NCBI GenBank assembly: GCA_050084985.1
Contig: JBITNC010000002.1
Coordinates: 21,576,001 to 21,640,000 of the forward strand
Origin: Nageia nagi
Taxonomy: Eukaryota; Plantae; Pinophyta
DNA: 64,000 nucleotides
Direction: 5' to 3'
This document shows, in pieces, positions 13,701-26,319 of this stretch; the stretch's first letter is position 1; every line of letters begins with the position of its first letter. The notes beneath the pieces were generated by a model. That model worked only from the letters and a program-made list of their open reading frames with translations, ran no database searches and was not told where the DNA came from. Position numbers and translations under genes: made by a program.

Positions 13701-13999
13701 TGTTAACTCAAGGCTTAGGGGGTTTACAAGGAAATAAGTCCATTTTGCTTGACTCTAAGGTCTCAAGTACCTAGAGCTTAGAAACTCCCTTAAATCTTTG
13801 TTTTACAGGTCATTTGGTATTTTGTAAGCTTCAAAAAGGACAAATCTCTAACCCTTCTCTCCATTTTGTATTGTTGTCATTTATCATATCATTACCAAGT
13901 AATATTTTAGATATTGCAAGTGGGTATGCAATATCCCTTGAGTTTTTCACATTTTGTTTGTGTTTGAGCTCAAGTGGTGGGGTCTTTGGGTACCTTACA
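7800..13999 (+). mobile_element. 3' portion of an Ogre/Tat-like gypsy element (long 3' region, antisense PMD ORF, PPT, 3' LTR 13029-13999)
   Basis: PPT AAAAAGGGGCATA precedes TGTAAATG at 13029 and the LTR ends TTACA at 13999. The LTR is homologous to 28728-34363, and 7808-10046 is homologous to 37090-39393. The left boundary is approximate. Confidence 0.7.
10150..11000 (-). pseudogene. Plant Mobile Domain (PMD, aminotransferase-like) ORF remnant carried antisense by the gypsy element
   Basis: Minus-strand translation of 10900-10801 gives YIQTLVEH*DLECNTFHFPKGKVMINLEDVYQIL, matching the PMD motif LVERWxxETxTFHxPxGEMTITLEDV. IWAWEHMQVV*P near 10430 matches the WxWExxxxxRP motif. Confidence 0.75.
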
Positions 14000-15639
14000 C
14001 TATGAATATGTCATATATAATATAGGTTTATAGTGTCCAAATGGTTAATAGAATAATTAGCCATGATAAATAAGTCTAGATACCGAATCCTATCGAGCAT
14101 GCTTCCAATTTTAGTTTAACACATATATCTCATTATTTGCACTATTATAATGATTGTATACAAACTACGAGCCATACTAAAGAAAGCTTAAGACCCATGG
14201 ATATGAAAGCATGTCATCCGCTATGCTACAAATATATACAAAGAATGAAAGAATGAATTTCCTGTAGAAGAATGCAAAGCAATATTCCAACAAAATAATC
14301 ACTTTACACTACTATCTACTTGAATATTTAACTGTACTTACATATTTGGTTTGAAATGTTGATTCATCATTTATAGTCCAACCTTATGCAATTGTTAACA
14401 AATGATAATCATACTAGCCTATCGTACAACAAATAGTAGAGACTAATCTAAGTACTAGATTATAGTTTTGGTGTAGCCTTGATGTTAAGATTGAGATTTT
14501 TCTCACATAAAGGATCTTGGTTGTGTATTTTTGGCTTTTATCTTAAACAAATCTACAAAGTCTTTATCTATTGTAGATCTATCACACATCCCATTATCTT
14601 CAACAATCCAAAAATGATGTCACTTTGATAATTCTTCTCCTGTATCTTTCTATTTCTCCATGTTTTCTTGCTTAACAATAACCAAACGAATCCTCACTTC
14701 AACCTAACAAACATCACTCTAAAAATGATCATGTAACTTAACGGATCGTCACTTTAAGCTAATGATATGTCACTCTAAAAATGGTCATGTTACTAAACGA
14801 ATCATTTGAATAGTTGGTATTTTGTTCTAGTCAAAATAGTTAGTAACTAAATGAATTATCTAGCTTACTTGATGAATCATCAGTAATTTGAGATTTGGTT
14901 CAAATTTTTTGATCAAACGAATCGTAACATGCTCTTGCAACTAAAATGGTCCTTACTCATTAAGTCAGTTGTTCGTCATGTATAACCAAAGTAATAGTCA
15001 AGTCTTTCTTACATTCCAAAATAATGTGTGTAATATTTAGTGACTATTGGATGTCGGTATAATATGTATATACATCAAATACTAGTGGCTATTTAGTTGG
15101 TGATATAATTTTTCTTTATTGTTTTAAAGCTAAAATGTGTAATCTAAATTTCTTAAAATTGCTTTAAATGAGTTGATTATGTTATCTTAAATAATTAAAA
15201 ATAAGTTAAAATTTAGATGACTAAAGAGTAAGGCAAATCCCTACGAATTTGAAAAAACCAAAGTTGAAGTTTAACATATTCGTTTATTTATGATGAATCA
15301 TCCCTATTATTTTCCCTTCTTTTAGCATTTTTAGACATATGTTTAAAATATCTAAGCTAGTATTAAGCCAATAGTTGAAATTGATCTATAACGATAACAT
15401 TTGTATTAATGAATGGTTGAAACAAATCCATAACTTTATTTTTCATATTTTATTATTGTTTCATATTTACTTGTTAAATTATAATTTTTTTATAACTATT
15501 TATTACATCTTTCTTTATAATTTTGAAATATAATTATTTAATAATGATTATATAGTATATTAAATTATTACGTCGAGAGGCATTTCTACAGCTGCAGCAT
15601 GGGGGTGGAGTGGGGGAGCAAAATGTCGCATGTGAGTCC

Positions 15640-15740
15640 GTCCGTTAAACAATTGGCGGGAAAATAATTTTTTTAAAATTAAAATTATATAGCTGACTGA
15701 AATATTAAAAGACACATCTTTTCAAAAATTATTATATAAA
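15640..15740 (+). promoter_or_regulatory. Putative proximal promoter of the CYP720-like pseudogene
   Basis: TATATAAA at ~15733, about 60 bp before the ATG. E2F-like TTGGCGGGAAA at ~15653 and MYB/MSA-like CCGTTAA at ~15642. Motif matches only. Confidence 0.35.
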
Positions 15741-15792
15741 TGGAAGGAAGAATATCAAACATCATAAAAATTCATTCCCAAATCAATCGAAG

Positions 15793-17250
<1,458 letters not shown>

Positions 17251-17555
17251 CATTAACTTAATATACAATGAACACACTCCCTTCAACTTGGATCTTGATG
17301 ATTTATCTATTTCTTTCCATGAGAACAAACTTTAACCTTAAATAGAGAATTTGCTCTATTAATAGAGGTTTGTTACCTCATATAACAAAGATCTAATAAT
17401 ATATTTTGATTTCATAGGAATGGGCATGACACTTATAGCCATAACAAGGTTAACTAATGCATTACTAAGATAACATAACAATGTAATGCATGTATCTTCT
17501 TCAGTTACTTCTATGTTGAAAAAGGTGCACTTATCATAATATGGAAGATATTTAA

Positions 17556-17713
17556 ACTAGCTTTGATATAACCTCTTATATATCAAAAAACGCCGAGAGA
17601 TATCATTTCGAGGCACCTATCTCATTTCTTGGTATTGCTATATCCAAGATAGGCGCCTCGAAATGATATCTCTCGACGTTTTTTGATATATAAGAGGTTA
17701 TATCAAAGCTAGT
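17556..17713. mobile_element. 158-bp palindromic MITE-like element, copy 1
   Basis: 67-bp inverted arms (2 mismatches) around a 24-nt loop, with ACTAG...CTAGT ends. A second copy of identical length lies at 60804-60961. Confidence 0.8.
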
Positions 17714-18129
17714 TTAATCTGGACAATTTGAAATTATACCTTTCAATACTTGGGAGATATATATTTAAAATATTCAAATCAATTTATAAACATTAATATA
17801 TCTTGCAATGGTTTTAAAGATTGAAACTCTTGTTCTAAGTTATTTAACATTTAAAATACATTAAATTATACAAAATACTCCATTAGATCAACTCATGCTC
17901 AGCATTGACAGGTTCCAATCCATGGAACCAGAGGACGTGTTCTGCTAGCGTCCTCAGCAGATCTCGTGATATTATATTCGCATTACATGTACATTATGCT
18001 ATGATTTATTTATTTTAAAAGCATGATGAACTTGCTTAATCCTGGAACTATTGGAAAAACATGTAAGCAGAGACTTGCAGCTTGGAGAATTATGAGGGAC
18101 TGGAAATAAAGTCGGAAACGGAGAGGAGG

Positions 18130-18754
18130 TCAGTCGTAGAGGGAGAGAGGCAGCCGAGGAGCGGCGACCGCGACGAGCGGCACGGCCTTCTGAAGGGTGA
18201 GACCGAACGCCTCCTTCATGTCCAACTTCGCCGGCATCTGCCCCGCCGGCAGCGACCAGTGGAAGGAATGGATGAGCGTGGCCAACATGAGCTGCACCAT
18301 CCGAATGCCCAGACTCATTCCCGCGCATATGCGCCTCCCCGCTCCGAACGGTATCACCTCAAAGTCAGTACCCCTCACGTCCACGCTGGACCCCACAAAC
18401 CGATCCGGGTCGAACTCCAGGGGCCGGTCCCACACCTCCGGGTCGCGCTGGATGCCCCACGCATTCACCATCAGCCGTGCATTCTTCGGAATGTGGTATC
18501 CCTCTATCTCGCACGCCTCCGCCGCCATACGTGGCAGCAGCAGAGGCGTCGATGGGTGCAGCCGGAACGTCTCCTTCACCACGGCTTGCAGGTAGGGAAG
18601 GTTTGGGAGGTCGGACTCGTTCAGCTTCCGATGCCGTCCTACCACCGCCTCCATTTCCGTTTGCAATTTTCCATTATTGTGGGTTGCGGATCAGTTCGGA
18701 CACCGCCCACTCCACCGTGCTCGATGAGGTATCCGTTCCCGCAACGAAAAGGTC
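18130..18754 (-). CDS. CYP75B: CYP75B copy A exon 2 (frameshifted as assembled)
   Basis: Acceptor TATGCAG|GAC. Contains the I-helix AGTDTSS, ExxR, PERF-like FDPDRF and heme [10 protein letters not shown] motifs; stop TGA at 18132-18130. It is 2 nt short between RNP and LQTEM. Confidence 0.85.
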
Positions 18755-20825
18755 CTGCATATCAAGCAAAAATATATTCAAGGCATCATTTAATGCATAC
18801 ATGTGGAGAAAGACTTGAAAAAGTTTCAGATTCCTGCTGGATTTAGATCAAGCTTTAATGTCAACAGGGCCCGGGGGTTTGTTTAATTACACTATTTGGT
18901 TGTTTTCGAGTGGAACTCTATATATAGCTGTGGAGTACTAAGGATTATTGATGATTCATACACTGGCAGAACGTACTCCAGCTGGATAACAGAAGACCCA
19001 CATCTCCCAGAACGTTATACGTATGTTCACATTGAAATGGCAACAAAGTTGTTATCAAAATTCATAGAATGAAGAATAGTTGTCAAGATTGGCAAAGCCT
19101 GATTAGAAGCGGTTACAGAGCAATTTCTATGTACAGGACATTATATTATATATTTATATGCATCTCTACAAGTTCTTTCAACCTAACGCAGGGTGTAGAC
19201 TTCACGGTCCCAGATGGAGACCTATTCCGATAAGGAATCAGAATCAGGCTCAAAAAAATGCCTACGTATTAAGTTAGTCTTAATCTGGAAAACTATAATT
19301 TGATAGCTGAACCAGGGTTACCTGGAGGCAGTCGTTGTTTCAAATTCTAGCCTGTCAATGTCTTTCGCAGCACCATTTTGTTCTCCAACTTAGTTAACTC
19401 TATATTCCTTTCTGTAGTGCGACTCATAAACAGATTCAGCTTCTAGCTAGGTTTTCAGTACTCTTCACTAAAACAACATAAACTTGCAAGCAAGTCTGGC
19501 CAGTGTTTCAAGTTTATTCTAACCTTAGTGAAATCTACGAATCCATACAATGTCTTAAGTCCTGAGAATCGAATCTGACACAATCAGCAAGTTATACCTG
19601 TTAGATAATACCAATGACAAAATTATCACGAATAACAGGCAGAGCACAGTGGCTCGGAAAGACTTAAACCCTCTGCTAGAACTAGGCCAAACGATTCCAT
19701 TAACCAGAATTCCGAAAGCAAGCAGAGTAGTACCTTACTTTTCTTTTGAAAGTCCCACGATGCCTCTCGTTAGGGGAATTGCATAATGTACTTAAGGATT
19801 CCTATTTCTTGACACACATCCCAGAAACCAATTCTGAAGAATTCTTTATCCTAAAAAACAGAAATTTAAGAGTTTTATCTTACCAACAGAAGTGCCTTCA
19901 TGTCTGTGTCAGTCAACTTCCCGCCTTCTCCATCGGCGTTATTTCTGAGCGCAAGAAGCGCACTCAGAAAATCCTTCTTCCCATTAACTCCACCCGCGGA
20001 GGAGGAGACAGCCTCATGCTCCGCCATCCTCTTCACAAAAAAGTCATCAAACCTATCATGCAATTTCCTCATCTTGGCCTGCACTCCCTGCAAGTCCAGC
20101 CAAGCCAAGGACGGCACAAAATCCCCTATATTAAACACCCCATACAGCACCATCATTTCCACCACCATCTCCCTAAACTCGTTAGCCGCCCGCCCGCCCT
20201 CGGAATCGAACACCCTTTTACTCAACATCACCTGTCCCAGAACATTAGCCGTGCAGACATTCAACAACTTCCCCAAAGTCACCGCCTCACCGCGCCGCTG
20301 TTGGCGGAGGATCGACTTCACGAGCTCCCCGACCTCCGCCTGCCGCACGGGCTGGAGATCTTCCAAAGCCTTGCCGGCAAATAGATGCACATTACACACC
20401 TTTCGCAGCATCCTCCAGCGGGGACCATAGGGAGCAAACGCCATGTCGTTGGAATCATAAGCCATATATTTTGCACCAGCATTCCCGGGCCGGTTGGAGA
20501 AGTTGGCATCGTTGGTTTTGAAAAAGGCCTCGGCTATTTTGGGGGAGGAGGCGATGATGGTGTCGGTGGTGCCCAACTTCATGTACATGAGAGGACCATA
20601 CTGTTTGGAGAGGTGGAAGAGGGAACTATGGGGCGTCGTTCCAAGGAGAGGGAGGCTGCCGATGACCGGCCATCCGGATGGACCGGGTGGAAGCCGTCTC
20701 CTACGAATCCCATTCACAATATAGACCACTCCCACTATGAACAAAACCAACAAAAATCCCGCCTGCGTAATGCTCACCGGAAGAGAATTCACTAAACTCG
20801 TTACAGAATCCATCACAAAACGCAT
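18130..20825 (-). CDS. CYP75B: Flavonoid 3'-hydroxylase-like cytochrome P450 (CYP75B), copy A; 2 exons (20825-19884, 18754-18130), ~522 aa if the two 1-bp deletions near 18667-18682 are corrected
   Basis: Motifs [41 protein letters not shown]|[46 protein letters not shown] and [13 protein letters not shown] (Thr at the F3'H-type SRS6 position). Phase-0 GT..AG intron 19883-18755. As assembled, exon 2 reaches TAA at 18676-18674. Confidence 0.88.
19884..20825 (-). CDS. CYP75B: CYP75B copy A exon 1 (alternative ATG at 20813)
   Basis: Open 314-codon frame ending ...KALLL followed by the GTAAGA donor. Confidence 0.88.
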
Positions 20826-20869
20826 CTCTCAGACTCGTGGATTTCGTTTGTGGTTTGGCACTTCTTCAA

Positions 20870-21015
20870 TGAATCAATACGTGGGGGGAACCCTTACCTT
20901 ACTATTTTTTTTGTCATTTGGTAAATCCAACGGTTAAATTCTACCTACAACCGAGCACAGTGTTCCGGTACGCCTTATTTATGATGTTTCTGATCCATCT
21001 ACCATTCCGTTGAAG
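20870..21015 (-). promoter_or_regulatory. Putative flavonoid-type proximal promoter of copy A
   Basis: ACGT core (TACGTGG, ~20878), AC-element-like CTACCTACAACC (~20941) and MYB cores CAACGGTTA (~20928) and CCGTTG (~21007). Motif-level only. Confidence 0.4.
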
Positions 21016-21199
21016 GGGTGGTGGAGGAGGAGAGTGGTGCCACCGGCGATTCAGTGGACGGCGATTCAATTGACTATATTTTTTTAGTCAATTGGCATGT
21101 ATAATTGGAAAAATCCTCATCTAGTTGTATGATTTCAATTTTGAGTTTCTTGAAAAATAAGTTATAAGTTAATCATATAAAGCATTAGGACATGGGAGA

Positions 21200-23100
21200 A
21201 GGTTGATGGAATTGATCTATGTTTCATCCTATTCTATAATAAGGAGACAGAAGGGATTTTTTGGGTTGGTCAATTTTGAATTTCGATAATATTTATAATG
21301 CATTTTTGTTTATCGATAAAGAAAGCATGTCTTTAGAGTGTTATTCATTTGTAATACAATCTTTGAAGTTGGTTTCCAATTGATCCTGCAAAGTTTCACT
21401 TAGTGTTCTTTCTTCTTTTGTACCATTAACTATTGTTTCTTTCAACTTCATGCTCCTATGTACCTTCTTTCTTTTGGTATTATGCTTTGTTGTATCCTTG
21501 TCATGACTCTTTGATATGGTTCTTGATCTAACTAGTTTTATTAGTGAAGGTAGTGGCATCCCTTGTCAAAGATGCTTTCCTTTCTATTGAATTGTATTTT
21601 GTTGATACATTGGACCTTCTAGTAGAAACATTTTTTTGGAGGAAGATAAATCCTATTTTTCTTTTCTTTTTTCCATACATCATTTGTTGGATCATGTGAA
21701 GAGAAATCCTCCCTCCTTTTTCAAAATTATTTGAATCCCATATGCAATTAGCTTTGATATCTCCCAATGTCTAATCTCACCTTTTGATGGTCTACTAATA
21801 AGGTTCTTTCCAACATCAATTATCCTTCAAGCACTTCTAAGAATTCTAATTGGCTTAGAGGTTCATTAAAGTTTGTTGGGTTAGGGGTTATTTCTCTCTG
21901 CTGGGGATTATATTTTTTGTGGGTTGTGGTGAGTGGGGTGGGGAGAGGATGGATGTAGGGTTAGGGGTTAGGGTGAGTGTGGGTGTTGAGGATGGTGTAG
22001 AATCTAAAGTAGATGTAGTTCATGTGTTATTCTATGGGACTTCGTTAGTTGAATTTCTTATAATTTATGGGGAATTATTCTACTTGATGTAGTTCATGTG
22101 TTATTCTATGGGACTTCATTAGTTGAATTTCTTATAATTTATAGGGAATTATTCTACTTGATGTAGTTCATGTGTTATTCTATGGGACTTAGTTAGTTGA
22201 ATTTCTTATAATTTACGGGGAATTATTATACTTTTCTAATTTTAGGTTGGAAGCTGCTTCAAGATCTAATTTTAAAAGAGATTCAAAAGAGCTCCATGTC
22301 TCTGGGGTTGCAGGGGTCTTAATCTATCTCTGTCTTTTTGGGTGATTAAATGGTCTACTGGTACGTTAGTATCTTTGTTGATTCCTTGGTTAAGTTGGTT
22401 ATTTCTTATCATGTTTTCCTTAGGTTGTTCCCTTGGTTTATTTGGGTGGTCATGATTTGCATGCCCAATTATCTTGCATATGGATTATGATTATATTTAA
22501 AAGTCCCTTGGTAAGATCAACATTAACACAAAATTGAGTCATGAGGTATTAATATTAATTTGCAATAGTCAAGTCTATAATAATTAACGTATCAATAGAT
22601 TTCATGATTCTTATAAGTATGTTTATGTTCTAGAGCTCAATAGGAAGCTCATAAAGTAATAAAATCTAAATTGGATTGGTCGAGATATTACCCTTGTTTG
22701 GGTGAAAGCCTTTGTATCATTTCCTCATATAGAGAACTTTCTTTCCAAAGAACTAAGGTCCATGGTAATAGACATCTCCAATATCAACTTTATAATTGAA
22801 TTTGAAAAGAATAAATTCAATGGGAGGAGTGTTATCTCTACACATCCTTAATTTTTTCACTTCTAGCTTATCCATGATTAAATTAGATATCTTCTTGATC
22901 CCATGAATTTTTCAATGATGAAGCCTTCATATATTTATTCTTTAGTATATGGATCAAATTATTTAGGATTATAAGTTGTACTATGCCATTGTCTATTTTA
23001 GGATCGAATGAGACATCAATGGCTACCTTGGCTCTTGCTCAAAGTTAAAGAGGCTTGACTAGTTGATCAAATTCTACCTCAAGTTAAGAGTGTCTATGAT
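21200..23100 (-). mobile_element. L1 LINE ORF1 remnant
   Basis: Minus-strand ELPIEL*NINILIRIMKSI..D..QFCVNVDLTKGL followed by zinc-knuckle-like ICKIIGHANHD and a Pro/Thr-rich tract. Boundaries are approximate. Confidence 0.55.
22012..22233. repeat. 74-bp tandem repeat x3
   Basis: GATGTAGTTCATGTGTTATTCTATGGGAC... starts at 22012, 22086 and 22160. Confidence 0.9.
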
Positions 23101-23329
23101 AGTTTTTTGGGAAATAGTAAAGAGAAAAGGAAGGAGAAATTAGAGGGAATCAAGGGGGCAAGAAAAAAGTGAGGAGAGAGGGAAAAGTGAAAAGGTGCAC
23201 ATAGGAATGAACAAATGATTAGGTAAGCGAGCGAAAAGGGGAGAGTAGCAATCAAAAAGCAGGAGGGAGCAAAGTGGGGGAAGCGTAGGGAGAACATAGG
23301 AAAGATCACTTATGCAACAAAAGGAATGG

Positions 23330-23900
23330 GTCCATTATAACTAGCTAAAGGGCATATGAATGTTCTTTTTATAGAGGATATATGCATCGATGCATAGAGA
23401 GAAGGACCCAAGACACCCATTTACCCTAACATAAGTCAAAGAGAAGAGTTAAGGATCCATAAACCTTCAATCTCGAAGATCAATTATAGAACACCCCTAC
23501 TAAGATAAGTTTTTTTAAGTTATTACATATTTATGAAGCTCATATAAATGGTTTAATGGAAGCTTTAAGGAACACTCAAGTATATGCTAATGTCTTAGCT
23601 ACTAATATATTTTCATAATAATTTAAATATAGTTCTAAAGTACATATGGTTAGTTTTCAAGACGAGGAGATTCCTAGCAATGATGTGGTAGAAAAATATA
23701 TAACATTTTACATCAAAGTAAAAATGTTTAGAAATACATTAAAAAGGGTGTTAGTAGATACAATCTTAAATGTAAATATTTATTCATTGGTTTTCTTGCA
23801 AACATTTCCTTAAGCATTGAGTCAAATCAAGAAAACTTATATACACATTAAGGGATTTGATAGTATTGAAACATCATGCATGGGTGTTAGTAGATTGTTC
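23330..23900 (+). mobile_element. Gypsy gag/protease fragment
   Basis: Degenerate LKRVLVDTILNVNI and IKGFD motifs. Confidence 0.45.
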
Positions 23901-24164
23901 ATGTTATAGAAGGTAATATGGTTCCTATCATAGAATTATCCAAGAAAATACAAATACAAAGAAAATAAATCTAATCATAGAGGTTGATCTGAGTGTGTAT
24001 CGATTTGATGATATGGATCATATCTTGCAAGCTTTCAAAAATATTGATAATCTTGTATCAGAATTCATACACCAACATACCTTGATGTGTCAATATATGA
24101 AATAGGTCAAAAATCAAGATACCCTAGATGGTCTAGATATATTATTTCAAGATTTGAGTCTAAC

Positions 24165-26316
24165 ATAAACTAGGGTTCATCCCCATATCTAGATACCTTG
24201 ATGTTATCATCAATTACATGCCTATTACTCTTATGAATGTGACTTACAATGTTATTTCCAAAGCCTTAGCTTTAAAGCTTAAACGCCTTCTTCCATAAAT
24301 TATTCACTTTGAGCAAATTGGTTTTATCCAAAGCTAATACATTCTTGATAATGTAAGAATAATTTGGGAAAGAATGGAACGAGATAGATATTCAAAGCAA
24401 GATATATTTTTATCAAAATTAATTTGGAAAAATCCTATGACAAGATTGAATGGTACTTTATCATCAACATGCTTAAGACTCTAGGATTCATTTTTTTTTT
24501 TATCAATTTAGTGAAAATGTAATTCAAGTTAACTTCAATAGTTCTTACCTTGCCTTGAATAATTGTAAGTCTGAAGTCATTCATCTTGGCCAGTCTATTC
24601 ACCAAGAATTCCCTCTTATTCCTTCCTTATTTATCCTTGATAGATAAGCATTTGGATATCTTCTATGCATAAAGCATCTCATGAAAACTATTTAAGGTAT
24701 TTATCTCCCATATTCAAATCATCAACTAATTAATGAGAACTTTGCTGATAATTACTTATTGATAATCATGATAGATGAAAATTCTTTTGCTATTGATGTT
24801 AAATGCCTAGATGTGTTTTGTCTTGCTTTTTGTTCTAATGTTCAATGGAGAAAAATACCATGTTACAGACTCCCGAAGTGGTTGGGACACACTCAAACTT
24901 TAGGCTTCTACTATACTCACACTAGGGATTGGATCTCATGGGAGACCTTCAAGTAATTCTATAGTTTGAAACTAGAAGATAAAGATACATATGATGTGGT
25001 TATAAACTAAATTCCCTTCACCATTTGGTGTAAATTATCAAGGTATTATCAAAGACCATAGTGGATTGATTAATTTTGTTCCAGGCAAGTTCTACTGTTG
25101 TAGTATAAAGCTTATCTTGGATATACTCAACTTTCTCCATATGTTCCAATGGGCAACTCACTAAATGAAAGATGGGATCTTATCTCATCTCCTTCTAGGT
25201 GGAGTACATGATTTAAGATGGCCTAAGCCCCTTATATTGAACCCAAATATGTTTGTTTTGCCTAGAGTGTCATACAACAAGGTTTACCATTAGGACAATG
25301 TCTTAAATATCTAAGTATCGAAAACCCTACTTGTGTTTTCAATGGTGAGCCTAAATATTTTTTGCACCTTTTTGGAGATGTATATGGGCTCAACTAACAT
25401 GGAAATGACTTCTATTTTCCTTTTTTAGACCCTTCGTGCTCAACTCCTTTTCTCGACCTCATGTTATTCTAGGTGATCCAATTGAATTTTCTAACCACTT
25501 AACTATTGTATGGAATATTTTTCATATTAACACCCTATTCCATCTTTAGAAGATATGCAACAAAGTAATATTCAATTAGTAAGATACTTCTCTTTTTATT
25601 TCTCTTGCTTACAAATTTTATATTTTTTACAATTATTGGTTGCAGATCATTGTTTAGGTTTAGAAAGTCAATGTGGAGAAACAACACCTCCAGAACCTTA
25701 TGGATCATTCAAGGGGGGATGCTCCATGCGCCATGAGCAAGGTCCCTCCAAGTTTATCACCTTGGGGACATTCACGATCGCATTCTCACTCCCAACGTAG
25801 CTTATAATCTTGGCCTATGAATCCACTTGAGGAAAGGCATTGGTCACAACCTCCTCTCAATCAAAAGTATCCTAATGCTTGTGGAGGGAGCCCCTCTTTG
25901 GATGGGATGAATGTCTTTCAACCTCTGAACTAGTAATTGGATGGGGTGATACTACCATCACTCCCACGAGTGCTCACGATAATCATTGTGGGGAGGAAAT
26001 TAATGCTTCTAATGACCAAGATTGGCATGTACCCACACCGTCTTAGTGTGTGGTATTATGATCACTTCGTGAAAAAAATTTGAGCTCATTCCCCCATATC
26101 ACAATGATGTGGATTGATTGTAGTTAATTATAATAAATGTATCTTGGCGTGTATTTTTAACGACCATAATTTTATTTGGTATAATAATTAAATGTGAAAC
26201 AAAAATTAAATAAGAAAAAAAAAGTGAATTAATTTCAATTATCCATTTATACAAGTTATAAATGTGGATTTATTTCAACCATTGAATTATTGTTAAATAT
26301 ACACATAAGAGATAAA
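24165..26316 (+). repeat. Near-identical 2.15-kb duplication of 55216-57363; contains an L1 reverse-transcriptase remnant (~24190-25500)
   Basis: Collinear with only a few SNPs and homopolymer-length differences. RT motifs NYMPITLMNVTYNVISKALA, QIGFI..ILDNV and KINLEKSYDKIEW. Confidence 0.92.
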
Positions 26317-26319
26317 AGA

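Noticed and set aside
17552-17717. TTAA flanks suggesting a piggyBac-type TSD for the palindrome
   Set aside because: The second copy is flanked by TAT and GGC, not TTAA.
18082-20795. Long plus-strand ORFs (254, 212, 176, 136 aa), and likewise at 57861-59125
   Set aside because: They are antisense shadows of GC-rich CYP75B exons with no independent protein motifs.
18130-20825. Copy A as F3'5'H (CYP75A)
   Set aside because: The [19 protein letters not shown] and GLTLQ motifs favour CYP75B; phylogeny is still needed to confirm.
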